Shown here piece after piece: positions 11,010 to 24,557 of a stretch of 64,000 bases of DNA (within the stretch, counting starts at the first letter, position 1; each line of letters opens with the position of its first letter). Under the pieces are notes generated by a model. That model was given only the letters and a program-made list of their open reading frames with translations, was not told the DNA's origin and searched no databases. Both the position numbers and the translations under genes were made by a program. The DNA is from Octopus sinensis (taxonomy: Eukaryota): assembly GCF_006345805.1 (NCBI RefSeq), contig NC_043003.1, positions 43,834,001 to 43,898,000 on the forward strand, read 5' to 3'.

Positions 11010-12523
11010 TAATATATATATGTGTGTGTGCGATATGTAATATGTACACAGTTCAATACATTGCTGAGTTGGCAAAATATTTGACATAAACGTATTTGCA
11101 AAAAGAAACACTAGTAATCCATATACATAAGTAGTTAGAGAAATGTGTGTGTGTTTGTCTGTGTGTGCAGGAGAAAGAGACAGAGAACCAAAGAGATAGA
11201 GACAGAGAGGGAGAGAGAGAGACAGGAAGAAAGCCAGAGAAAGAGAGGGAGAGAGATGAATAGAGGGAATGTATGTATAGGCACTCCAAACTCTTCTCAA
11301 GCGTTAAACTAGTAATTTATGTATGTACTTAGCTTTCGTTTCAACTAATTTTCATTCATACACACATATACATACGTACTAACGCGCGCGCAAACACACA
11401 CACATGCACACACGAGTACTTGGAAAACAGCTATTCATTTAAATATTGTGCAATGGAATTACTACTATGCTCCCGTTTTAACGTATTGCTGTTTTTTGTT
11501 TTGGAATTTTGCAATGTGTTTCTTATAATTTATGTAAAGCTATAAAGTGCTTTAGTCCATAATAATCGCGAAATTTTCTAGACTACTACAGTGTCACCTC
11601 ATCTGCGTAGTTGCTAGTGTAGGCTTTTGTAAGTGCATCTGCTTCATAAACATGAACAAAACTAAATGGAGGACGTCAATATATGTTATGTACATGCGTT
11701 GCAAAAATAACCGATAAATGGTGGAAGCTTTGCTCATTTAACAGTACACTGCTTAAATAAGTACTGAGACATCACAGACAATACGCGTATACATTCTCTG
11801 CCCCTCACGCTCTATCACTTTCTCTCTCTCTCTGTCGTTTTCTTTCTCTCTCTGCCACTTTCTCTCTCTCTCTCTCACTCTCGCTCTCTTTCTCCATCAC
11901 ATGTGAACTAAATTCGTATAAATGTAAAACCCCAAATTCAAACGCCGGTTAAATTAAACTAACGACTGAAGCTCAATATCGCAAAAACGTGGTTCTGTTT
12001 CAGTTCTATCACGCTCACTGCCACTGCGCTATGGGTAAGTGCCTTCTACAATAGGCCCGCTTTGACCAATACATAGAAGTACATTGTGTGTGCGTTTGCG
12101 TGTGTTACAGCGTAAATCTTACGAACATTTTTTGTATGTGTCCGAGATTAATGCCAAATGCTAGAATGATATGGCAAGAACAGTGTGTAAGAGGTCAATA
12201 GCGACAGAGGCATTTGTAGTATATATTCTCTCATATGCCAAATAATGACACTGCAGTTTCTTTATATTTTAATAGTTTTAGTCATGGGACAACAAACATG
12301 CAAGGACCCTGCTTTGAATTTTTTCCGTTAGCGATATAAAATGTGTGCTTATAAGCACCACAAGTTTATATAAGTGGAAAACCTACTACCTTTTATTGTT
12401 AATACTGCTTCTGTCGCTATTAATTCTTATATAGATACATATAAATATATATACATACATGCATACATACACACACACGCATACACACACATACACACAC
12501 ACACACATAATTATATATATATA

Positions 12524-12578
<55 letters not shown>

Positions 12579-12647
12579 ATATATATATTCAGAAGTATAA
12601 AGTGTACATTTTCAGCACATTGTAATTTGTAATATAATACATATTGT

Positions 12648-13078
12648 AAGGCGGATAGCTGGCAGTACCGTTAGCATGCCGGGCGAAATGCTTAGTGGTA
12701 TTTCGTCTGCCATTACCTTCTGTGTTCAAATTCCGCCGAGGTCGACTTTGCCTCTTATCCTTTCGGGGTCAACAAATTAAGTACCTGTCACGCACTGAGG
12801 TCGATGGAATCGACTTAATCCCTTTGTCTGTCCTTCTTTCTCCCCTCTATTCTTAGCCCCTTGTGGGCAATAAATAAATAAGAAACGTTATCCCGCCTGG
12901 CGAAATGCTTAGTGGTATTTTGCCTGTCTTTACGCTCTGATTTCAAATTCCGCCGAGGTCGACTTTACCAATCATCTTTTCAAGGTCGATAAATTAAGTA
13001 CCAGTTGTGTACTGAGTTGATGAAATTGATTGGCCCTCTTCCCTAAAATTTTGTACCTCGTGCCCTAGAGAATGAAAG
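12648..13078 (+). mobile_element. Head-to-tail dimer of family B SINEs inside one 17-bp direct repeat
   Basis: Two copies of GGCGAAATGCTTAGTGGTATTT...CAAATTCCGCCGAGGTCGACTTT...AAATTAAGTACC. Flanks AATATAATACATATTGT (12631-12647) and AATATAATCCATATTGT (13079-13095). Confidence 0.85.
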
Positions 13079-13261
13079 AATATAATCCATATTGTGCAGT
13101 ACTTTTACAATTTTTGACATTTACACACAATTTTTACATTGTTCTATAGACAGAAGAGTACAAGTTTCGTAGACGAGTGACTACCGACAATTTAAATGAC
13201 CGAGTATTTGTGTTATCTATTAAATTCAGGGAAGGAAAAAGCAGTAAAACTATCAAACAAG

Positions 13262-13820
13262 CCATTACAGAAAGAAGTGTGGCACATTTTTTACTTTCCG
13301 TTCCACTTCACAGTCATTATAAATACAAGTCCCCGGTAAGGACATCAACTGCAATAACGTATAATCTCATTTATTGTAATTTCCTCTGTTCCCCGGTGAC
13401 ATTTAAAGATTCAAACTACTCTGGGACTTTTTTTTTTTTGCTACTTAGTTTATTGTGGTACATACAGGATATCTAATACTATCACACACACGCATTGACA
13501 GACACATATATAAATTTCTTCCTCCCTTCTTCCCTCCCTCCTTCCCTGCTTCGATGCATGCATACACATATTTACTATGTACATACATAAATGAGCTTAT
13601 ACATCCGTCTAATACATATTATAATGCACTTCATTTTTTTTCATATCTTACGTATGCGGATTCCGGTGCTGCGCACACATATTTTATGAATGAATGAATG
13701 AATCAGAAATTCTAGATCTAAAATATCAAAGAAATGTCTCTATGAATCCATTACGGAAAGAGGAGGGGTACATTTCTTATTTTCCGTTCCATTTCACAGT
13801 CATTAGAAATACAAGTCCCC
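13262..13820 (+). repeat. Pair of 73-bp diverged direct repeats (13262-13334 and 13748-13820)
   Basis: CCATTACAGAAAGAAGTGTGGCACATTTTTTACTTTCCGTTCCACTTCACAGTCATTATAAATACAAGTCCCC vs CCATTACGGAAAGAGGAGGGGTACATTTCTTATTTTCCGTTCCATTTCACAGTCATTAGAAATACAAGTCCCC. Confidence 0.85.
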
Positions 13821-15175
13821 AACGTAATTCATTTCTCACCAAAGTTTTTCTTTTTAGAACCAGAAATACACTTCTTCCTCATACGACATACTTCTCTAAT
13901 AGACGTAAAATATTTACACTCATTTTTGGAACGAGAACGTTGTGTTTACTGTGTCTCAGTTTATACAACTTTCAGCGACTAGAGACACATTTTAAAAATT
14001 CTTTTCCGTTTGTGGCATTCTTGTGATTATAACAGAAATTTGATTCTTCCAGCTATGCGTCTCAGTTCTTGCTATGAAAACATGTTTGTTAGTATATTTA
14101 TATAACGAAACATTGTACTGTTTTTATAACTTGCTGCATAAATATGATGTTTTTGTGATTTTCTGTAATCATATTAATTTAAATTACATTTCCTTCTCAT
14201 TTCCAGTTATATGCAAAATAGAGAACTTTATTTTGTTTCATTTTATCCATAATAGTTGACATAAAATAATTATGGTACAAATATATAAATCTAAATTATA
14301 TGTTTTACATCAAATCAAGGTTTTCAGAAAACTCATGAAAAAGAACATGGTTATGCACACGTGGAAGGTTCGGCTGGTATTTTTTGCAGCCGAGCGACTT
14401 CACAGATCTTTCGTTGACTTTGCATCAGGGAAGCTGACTCGATAAGTGCATATGTAAAAGCCTTCTAGGTTCTAGGTCCAACACTTAGTTTGGTAAAATA
14501 TATGTTCACAGCATAGATGTCGACTGTAACTGGTTTTAATAGGCAAATCTCATAAATTTAATGTTGAACGATATCACTTGCCTTGAATTTCTTGGACCGG
14601 GGTTTCTATCAGAAGGCTTAGTCTTATATTTCGATGTGGGGAGATCTCATACAATGAAGTTTCTCATATTATGCTTGGCCAGAAAAATCAGTTATACCTC
14701 CTGCCGTCATTCTTTTATAAACTAATGGCCATAAGCCAATATAATATAGTGTAATGGTAGGCATATGCAATGCTAGTACATGCTGATGCCAACTACCATT
14801 CCTTCTTACGCTTATAGCGAATCTAACACATACGCTATTAAAATCAACAATCATTTATTCTAACACTTTTCATGATTCTATAAACCAGTACACTTTCTAA
14901 AATTTCAAAATATTGTAACACATGCAGTCAAAGTATCTACCACAACACTTTGCTAATTCTAAAGATACTAACTTACGCTGTTGATATAATTCACAGACAA
15001 CGTAGAAATGTCAAGACAAAACCCAGAAATTCAACCTGTAAGAGTCGGCTAAGGCATCATAAAACGAAAAATAATTTCCATTTAATGACTTGTTAATCTT
15101 ACTAAATACCTCAACACATACACGGTTTATTTGAAAACTAAAACAAAACGTTTAATGCACAAACACACACATGCA

Positions 15176-15258
<83 letters not shown>

Positions 15259-15260
<2 letters not shown>

Positions 15261-16220
15261 GTCAGGTCATCCCACAAGTTCTGTCCGAATTTCGAATAAA
15301 GAAAACAAGTGATCAAATGTTATATTTAATTGAAATTTAATCATCAATTTACTTTCCCTGATCATATATGACTTCCTTCCATCTATTTACAAGCTTTTTA
15401 ATGCCATCTATGTAAAACTCTTTTGGTTTCAAAGCGAAGAACTCTGAAATGTCAGTTTCGACATCCTCCTGGCTTGCGAAAGTTATGTCCTCGAAATGAT
15501 TCTTTAAACTACGAAACAAATAGTAGTATGAACGAGCAACGTCGGGAGAATAAGGTTCATGGGGATTTTTTTCCCAGCCAAACTCTTCGATCGTCTGTGA
15601 GGTGATCTTTGCAGAGTGGGGTCGCAGATTGTCCTGATGAATCATCACTCCTTTTCGATTCACTAAAGCGGGTCTTCTTTACTTTAAAGCTTGGTTCAAA
15701 CGTCCTATTTGCTGACTAGAGCATCGATTGTTGCATTTTGGGGTAACAATTCAAAGTGAATTACTCCTTTGCAATCCCACCACATAGAGAGAAGAACCTT
15801 TTTCCTACGAAGTTCTCTTCTCCGTTGTGGTTGAGGTTTTTCCCCTCAAACTCCACTTGACATTCATCAAACTCCACTTATCATCAAACTCCACTTGACA
15901 TTCTGTCCGATCTTCATCTTCAAGGCTGAAATCTCCACTTCTGAATTATGCAAGTTCGTTCATTCAAGCATTCTTTCACATAAAATGATTGAATGTTCCG
16001 AGTCGTTTCGGCTACAGAGTTTCCTTTTTTGTATTCACAAAGTATTATTTGCCTCAAATGCTCTTTGGATACTTGCATAAAAAGGTTTTAACCAAAGAAA
16101 TTTTAATTCTATTATTCTGTAACATAATATTTAATTAGTCTAAATGTACACAAATGCATAAAATTAATATTTAATTCCATTAGACATACTACTAAATTTC
16201 CTTATGGGATCAACTGATAT
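15259..16220 (-). mobile_element. Mariner (DD34D) transposon relic, internally deleted, TIRs present
   Basis: Minus-strand ORF 15349-15663 (HQDNLRPH...PHEPYSPDVARSYYYLFRSLK...GIKKLVNRWKEV) is a mariner catalytic C-terminus. Upstream pieces give KKVLLYVWWDCKGVIHFELLP and an N-terminal MQVSKEHLR...YKKGNSVAETTRNI. Ends TGTCAGGTCATCCCACAAG and CTTATGGGATCAACTGATA are imperfect TIRs. Confidence 0.92.
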
Positions 16221-16374
16221 ATGGATATATATATATACATACAGACATTCATAAATACATATATATATTTATATATATATATATATATATTTATGCGTGT
16301 GTGTGTGTGTGTGTGTGCATGTATATATGTACATACATATACATACATAAATACATATATATATACTGGTGAAC

Positions 16375-17560
16375 AGGGAACTCGTCGATCTGTGGGATTC
16401 CTTGACTAGCCTTAGATTGCGTATATCTTGTATCATGGATGACCTCAAACATTATGGTAAAGATGAGGCCAAGTCAGTTCACTCGTTGATACGGTGTATA
16501 CTTTCATTGCCGATATCGGAATGGAGTTCGGACTAAGAAAGTGTGGTATGTTAGTCTTGAAGAAAGTCATAATCAGACGTATGGACAGACTAACGGTAGC
16601 GTGGGGGAGGTTATGAAGCAGATAGAAGAGACAGGCTACAAGTACTTGGGAATTTGGGAAATTGATAAATTGATGGAAAAAGAAATGACAGAAAAATTTA
16701 AGGTGGAGTACTTGGGCAGACTGAGACTCACTCTTAAGTCGGAATTAAACGGAGGGAATAAGTTTGAAGTGATTTAAAATCGGAAACGGATGCCCTAATC
16801 TGTGCTGCCCAAGAGCAAGGACTAAGAACAAACTACATAAAATACAGAAGAGGCAACACAGCAGAAAGTGATAAGAGCAGAATCTGTGGAGAAAACGGTG
16901 AAACCGTATGGCATATTACCAGAAAATATACGCAACCAGCCCAGAAGGAATATAAGAGACGTCACGACAATATAGTTAGGCTTGTCCATTGGACAATTGC
17001 AACAAGTATGGACTTGACAGAGCAAAAATTTAGTACGACCACAAACTTGAGTGCATCGTCGAAAATAGAAATGCAAAAATCGTATGAGATGTTATGATTT
17101 AGTGCGACAATGAGATACAGAATAGGAAGCCAGACATAGTCGTAATTGAGAAAGAAAACAAACTATGCTGGATCATTTATATAGCATGTCCAGTTGATAA
17201 CAGGTTATGCGATAAGGAATAAATAAAAGCTGAGAAATGTGACAGGTTACTTTGGGAAGTTAAGCAGTTGTAGTCGATAAAAAAGGTGGTAGTAGGACCA
17301 ATAATCGTTGGAGCCCTGGGAACAATAAGGATAATCTCAAGACGTACGTGGAATAAATAGGGGCTGCAATAAGGGTGGAGCACTTGCAGAAAACAGCACT
17401 GCTTGGAACCGCTCGAATACTCCGGAAGGTGCTCGAAAAATAATAGGTGTTGCCTTAGTTCATTGATAACAGCTTACAGTGTAGTACAGCTCTAGTGTTA
17501 GAAGCTGTGCAAAGGCAATGACAATAATAATAACAATAATTCGATTCGCTGCAGGAATGA
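16375..17560 (+). mobile_element. R4/Dong-like non-LTR retrotransposon fragment (RT palm to REL endonuclease), degraded
   Basis: Translates in pieces to MDDLKHYGKD, DIGMEFGLRKCG, GYKYLGIWE, RKPDIVVIEKENKLCWIIYIACP, PIIVGALGT and HLQKTALLGTARILRKVLEK*, followed by a short AAT-repeat tail. Confidence 0.88.
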
Positions 17561-17869
17561 AATACTATAATATTTTTTTCCATAATTGATATCGTAGTGC
17601 TGATGGAGTCTAAGTTTTAGATATATGTTGTAGTGTCAGGGCATCTCTATTACCATGCTGGAATCTAACTGCAGGCATCATCTTGTAAAGCAGCACACGA
17701 TATTACAGTTTAGCTACCTGCTCTTTACTATCTTATCATGTAGTCACAATTGATTGTGTCTTTAATTAGACGCACCAGTAGATATTATTGTATTTCACCA
17801 AACAGATAAGCTGATATGTGTACAAACGATTCTACATGCAAAATGCTCCGTAAATATCGCTAAACGCTT

Positions 17870-18088
<219 letters not shown>

Positions 18089-18240
18089 AATTGTCCTAGT
18101 ATGGATAATTCGGTTAACCGATACCCGGGTAGCAAATTTACGTCAGAAATCACGGTTGAAGCTACATGCCAAGGGCAGAAATCCCGTGCTTTCGTGTGGA
18201 AATTTGTGTTTTTTTACTTTCATTTTACTTTCATTCTTTC

Positions 18241-18297
<57 letters not shown>

Positions 18298-18444
18298 TGT
18301 ATTTGGTGTGTATATTTATATTTGTAAATATGCGTGTGTGTATATGTCTGATTATATATATGTGTGTGTGTGTTTGTGCGTGAGTGTATGCGTGTATGCG
18401 TGTGTGTGTTTGTGTGTTTGCGTTTTTGTGTATGTGTGTGTGTG

Positions 18445-18700
18445 TATTGGACTCAGATATTTAAAGACTTGCCAAAACATCCGAGAGATCTTCATGGAAT
18501 AGGGGTAGATGTATTCACGAAACAGTTTAACCTCTTGATGTCTAAGGTTCTAGATGAAACTACATCACGCAAGAAACCCGAAAGAGGGCAGCAGCGTCAA
18601 TCAATCTCCCTCCTTCACTAAATCGCATAATAATGACCATTGGCAATGTGATTACAGTGGTGGGGTTTCAGCAAGGCCACATGATGTGGAGTGAATCTTA
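18445..18700 (+). mobile_element. CR1/L2-group LINE 3' end fragment
   Basis: QIFKDLPKHPRDLHGIGVDVFTKQFNLLMSKVLDETTSR resembles the LFN.LP..LR.......FK..LD..L..VPDEP C-terminus of CR1-group ORF2. Confidence 0.6.
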
Positions 18701-18975
18701 GAAAACAATATGTATGCACTCATACTTATATATATATTTATAATAATAATAATATAAATATTATATAAATATATGCATATATACATATATATATGTACAT
18801 ACCTACATATATATGTATATATACATGCATATATGGGTAGAGGACATAAAAGAACGTTGGACACAATGAGAAACGAAACGTAAAAACAAAAACATGGAAA
18901 CGGACTTTTTTCAAACAAAATACATATACATGTAGGTATGTACCTATACGTATGTATATATGCATATATTTATAT

Positions 18976-19011
<36 letters not shown>

Positions 19012-19841
19012 GTGTGTGTGTGCGTGCGTGCGTTTGTGTTTATATAAATGATACTCTGCAGTAAATCATTTTGTAGAAATGTGTTTCATTTTAAACATCA
19101 TACGCAACATCAGTTTTTTATTTCCAATGTTTATCTTAATATCGCATGGTTACACGCACTTTGCATTGACAAGCACTTTTAGAAAAGTACATCCAGATGC
19201 AAAAATGATGAATTTGCAAATGTATAAATATAGTAATACGCATGCATTTATGCATTCACTGACACACCCACATACATTATCTCTTACACTCACGTACACA
19301 CGTGCATGTATATACATATGGCCCATTGAACTAAAACTGCAGTCTCTTTGCATATTTGTTTCTCAGCTTCCCATTATACTCTCCAAATACACATACGAAC
19401 ACTTATCTCTATAAACCTTCTGAAATTAATCCGTTGGTATCTATTTTAATAGCTCTTAATTAAATCAATATAACATATCATCAAAGATAGCAGAAACCGC
19501 ATTCTACAAACATTGATTTTGTCAACGTTTTTATATGACATATTTTATACGGTTTGAAGCAAGTAACGACATTAACTGAAAGAGTAACACAAATGGTCAG
19601 TCAGGAGTTTTGACGATTTCAATACTGATCAAAAGCTTCTGAAATGAAATAGGTAATTTTGAACGAGTCATAATCGATCGTATTGTAAAATAGTACTATA
19701 ATAGATTTTTAAAGACATTTTTGTTTGTTTGAACCGACCGTATATGTGTAAATACAAGCATACGTGTGTGTGCGAAAACACACACACACGCTTACATTTT
19801 TAAACATATATACATATAAGTTCATATACATGAATGCATGA

Positions 19842-19900
<59 letters not shown>

Positions 19901-22850
19901 ATATACAGAGAGATAGCGAGAGAGAGAGAGAGAGAGAGGGGGGGAAATAAGGCAATAGATGGATAGGTATGCAGAGTAACAGTGAGAGATAAGTAAGCGG
20001 ATTGAGAAAATAGAGAAAGGGAGAGAGTGAGAGACAGAAAGAGAGAGATACATACCCTCATAGAACACACACATATAAGCATATGTGTCTTCATGTATAT
20101 AAACAGATATAGGCCACATTTTAAAAACATTTAGATAACAGGCTTTGTCTTTAACGAAGCTTCAAAATATATTCGCTTGTACTCCCTTATTTAAAAAAAA
20201 AGCTTGGCAAAGTATTGGCAGATTTGAAATGTTTTAATGAAAATGCAAATGTAATTACTTCTATATAGCCCGAATAGCGTGATATACTGACGTCTAGACG
20301 TGTCAGTTTACATATGAAGTATTTGTTTCATACCCTCACGAGATATATCTCCGAAGCATGACACATACATTTGGTCTGATATTGAACTGATTTCAATTGA
20401 AAATAACTGCAACAACCTAATAAAAATAGCAATATGTAAAAAAAACAAAAACACAAAAAATCTAGCAGTCAGAGAAAATAATTTTTTATAACATTCCATA
20501 GTTATATCATTTCCCAAATGATTTGAAACGGACAGCATTTTACAAAATGAAAAGCGAATTCGTATCAAGTAAAACCTCATTGATTCGGATTATATAAAAC
20601 TCAACCAAGTACAGCTGCTTCAAAAGCACTTTATATATATTAAATATTAACGAAATACAATGAAATGTAAAATAAACATAAATATTGTGAACGGAAAGTT
20701 TTCATACTCAGCAAAATATATTCTTTTCGTTTATTGTGTTTTTTTGTGCTCAAGTTTATTTTTATTGAATGGTTAGATTTCACCAGTGGTTGTCACAATG
20801 TGTAGGAACTCACTTCATTTAAAAAGGCTTTAAACCATTATAGAATATTCTATGTCACTAGAATAAATGCCTATATAACGCTTTTGCAAATACGAGATTT
20901 TAATCTTATGGTCGTCCTAATCTTTGACAATAAATAAATAAATAAATAACTGGTGTTCTTGGTACACGGCATCGCTTAAATAAATAAATAAAAGTTCATA
21001 GATTTTGTAAAATATTGTAGGTTCATTCGCCAGAAGAGCAGTTAACCATATATTAGCCTTAGGGAACTATGACGTTATTTTATCAAGGATCACCTTCCTA
21101 GTTTCGTCTACATACCATAAGGTGTTTTCCACCTATGTCGTGTCATTATAACAAAACTGCAATGCAATTTTAAAGAATTGTTCCGGTAGCTGATTGTATA
21201 ATTTGAATCACGCTATTCTTCGCCGTCAAGTGTGTCATGAGCTGTTTCTCATTTTTCCAATGCATTACGTCATTCTCACTCTATTTCTCTCTCCCTATCT
21301 CACTTTCCCCCCCTCTCTCTCTACTGTCTCTAAGTAACTTTCAGTTTATGCCTTTCTCAGTCTCACGTGTGCATGTTTCCTTTTATTAATATATCAGTAT
21401 GACCAAGTAATTTTATCACACGTTAGATAGGAAGAACACCATATGTAACTATTTTGCCCTCTCTAAGTGCAAGACTAATTATCCACCATATAGATTATAT
21501 ATTATCAATAGAAATTGAAAAAGGATATTCAGCTATGTAAAACAGCTATCAATTTACGAGAGTTTTTCACGTTATAGTTTGTAATAGTCTATGGAATGTA
21601 TAACACAGACTTTCACTAAGTCGTTGAACATTCAAGACGTACAAACCCATATGCTCTCTTCCATGAATTTAACAATCACAACATACCAAAATCTCTTCCT
21701 AAATATAGTTTTGGTTTTCCTATTTAGAAGCAGATTATAATTCCATTCCTAACGGCTTCTGGATCTCAACGCACAGTGGCATTGTACTACAATGTGACGA
21801 CGGCAGGAAGATGAAAACATGATGACAGCCAAATGAAGACAGGTCGGTTGAATACAACGACTGACACTCAACGCACCCCAACTGCTATCATAACAAACGT
21901 ACCACGTTTTCCCTCTGTCTGTTCTGTTACTACTACGTCGAATACTTATAGATTTCATTTGCTCGCCAAAGCACAACACATTTTTCTTTTTTATATACTT
22001 CGTGATTCAAACTGTGAGTTCCCATCACATTTGTGAACTATGCATTCAACGCCATAGTCCTTCCTTAGTCGTCACCTATTTGGAAATCCCTCCGCACACT
22101 CGTCACTTATTCACTCGTTCATTTGCAGCTGTTGAAGTTGAATATCTACTATGCCAATGTCCATAGGGGAATACCCTGTAAACAGAGAGACCCAAGGGCA
22201 ACTAAACACCCACCCAACAATAGTGCCTGTCGAATTGATCTTAGATTCCAGTTTCGATAATTAATTGAAAACTCAGACAATATTCGATTAGAGACATAAT
22301 GATTGCAGTCTAACATATTTCATTCTAGTGGCCAGAAGAATATTATTTATAGCGAAAGCAAATATTTTAACTTCGAGTTCATTAAAAATTTTTTCACGTT
22401 TTCTCAATTGAAGCCATGTCTACACGAATGCTCTAATTACTTGCATAGATGTCAATAAAATAAATTAAGTTTTTTCTGTTTCTCTCTTTTTTTTTATTCC
22501 TGAAACATTTCCAGACCCATATAATTCTGTTGCGTTCAAGTTGTTGGTAATTTGATCCATGTTAGAAATTTGCAGAACATTTCACTTTGACAGAACGCCA
22601 ATCATCCATAAATACAACAAACGGCTCAGTCTGTATTTCTTATCGACTATTTAACAGACCACAGTCCAGCGATAGCTTAGATTAGTAACCATAGTCAAAA
22701 TCAATCCACATCGTAATTCCTCTATTGACTAATTTTATCGATCTTAGCGAAATGGGTGTCTTGGTTGAACATGACATATTTTTACTGGGCTCTTGATATG
22801 TTTCCTTTGAGAGTATGTAGATATATGTAGCTGCAACTGCAGACACAAAA

Positions 22851-22859
22851 TTAGTAGTA

Positions 22860-22912
<53 letters not shown>
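22851..22912. repeat. (TAG)n trinucleotide array
   Basis: Direct reading; second decayed array at ~23053-23165. Confidence 0.95.
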
Positions 22913-22913
<1 letters not shown>

Positions 22914-23052
22914 CATTGAAATTGCAGGAGTTATTGCGGAATTTGTTGTAGTCCCCACTAACTTCAAATCAAACAATATATATATTGTTGTAGGAATTTT
23001 GCATTTCCATTTGTAGATATATGGTACCACGAGACAAAAGCGGGTCCTACAG

Positions 23053-23083
<31 letters not shown>

Positions 23084-24557
23084 TTAGTAGCGGCGGTGGC
23101 TGCGACAACAGCAGCGGTGTTGGCGATAGTGGTAGTAACCGCAACTGCATCAGCAGTAGTTGATGTCGTCGTGATGTTTATGACATTAAAACACCACAGC
23201 TAGCGCTTTAAATTCCATCAACCTTTCCATGTGCGAAGCGATATGTCCGTAAAATGAAACAGTAATTGACTAATGCAAACAAAGTAACCATACAGAGAAA
23301 ACAAAATATACGTCTAAAACACATTAGGTAAAATGTTTTATCTTTCCAGTTTATGATTTCATCTGTTAAAAAATATCTCCGCTCCTCAGAGATTGGAATT
23401 TTCTTTTATCATCAACAGCAACATCCGCAGCGTCACCAGAACAACGCTAACCATTTCAATCATCTTTCATGTCTAGTAATATCACTACCATCAACACTCT
23501 ATGAACCATTCATCGCTACCGTTTATAATAAATAGCTCTTCATTCAACTTATTGTGTCGTGACATGTGATAAAAAACAAAATACCCAGTGTTCCACACAG
23601 TACGTCATGCGATAACGCATTGCAAATAAGATAGCACAGCATGGTCGTGTATTAGATGATTGTTTAAAAGAATGTGTGAATATTTTATCACTTGATGAGA
23701 GGATAACCAGTGGAATATTGAGGCAGTTGCTATGGCTGCTTGAGTCTTGGGGACCAATTATGCTCTATAGATTTTGTCATTTGCTGTCAGTACATGAATA
23801 AAATAGATCACAGTACATTAATTTAACACGAGACCTATAATATTTTTAGTTGGACCATATCCTTTTCAGAATAGCAGAGATAAGTAAAGCGGATGACTTC
23901 GAAAGCATACAGCATTGCGAAACATAATAAAGGCAAACAACGTTTAGGTGGCGGTATTAAGCTTGTCTACCACACTACGAACACAGGACACAAACTGCAA
24001 GAATGTGTAACGAAAGGTCTTACAGGAATTATAACGATGAGGAGACGGAATATTTATTATAAAATTTTCCCTCACCTCATTCCAATGAGTCCCAGCGAAA
24101 GGCTTTTAAAAATAAGGCTTCGACATTATGTTGTTAATAGATCTACTATTACTACTGCCTCTATTTCATTTCTTCCTCCACCACTTTTGCAGTCATCAAG
24201 GTTCGCTGCAGCCTCTGCTCCTCCTCCAAATACTAGTCTTTCAAAACCAACTACTTACGAGCCATCTATCTATTAAAACACTACTGATACTTTAGAATAA
24301 ACAACGACCTCGGCAGCAGCAACACTACAAAAGTCAATCAATATACTTGAGACAATTTCATCGCAATTAGTGTTAGAAAGTGATATATCTGATAAAACAT
24401 ATGTCTGACCAGAAAAAAAAATAACGATATTTGACTTACACTTCAGATTAATGTGGCGTCTTACATTTAGCGCATATGTATTCAAATTCTCTGTCTCTGA
24501 CGTTATTCCACTTTCTCTGACCTAGTATTTTCTACATATATCAATTCATCAATCCTG

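Noticed and set aside
23893-24276. 127-aa non-microsatellite ORF, and a GGATGA...GAAA motif at its start
   Set aside because: No recognisable domain, the C-terminal part derives from decayed trinucleotide repeats, and the motif lacks a hammerhead core.
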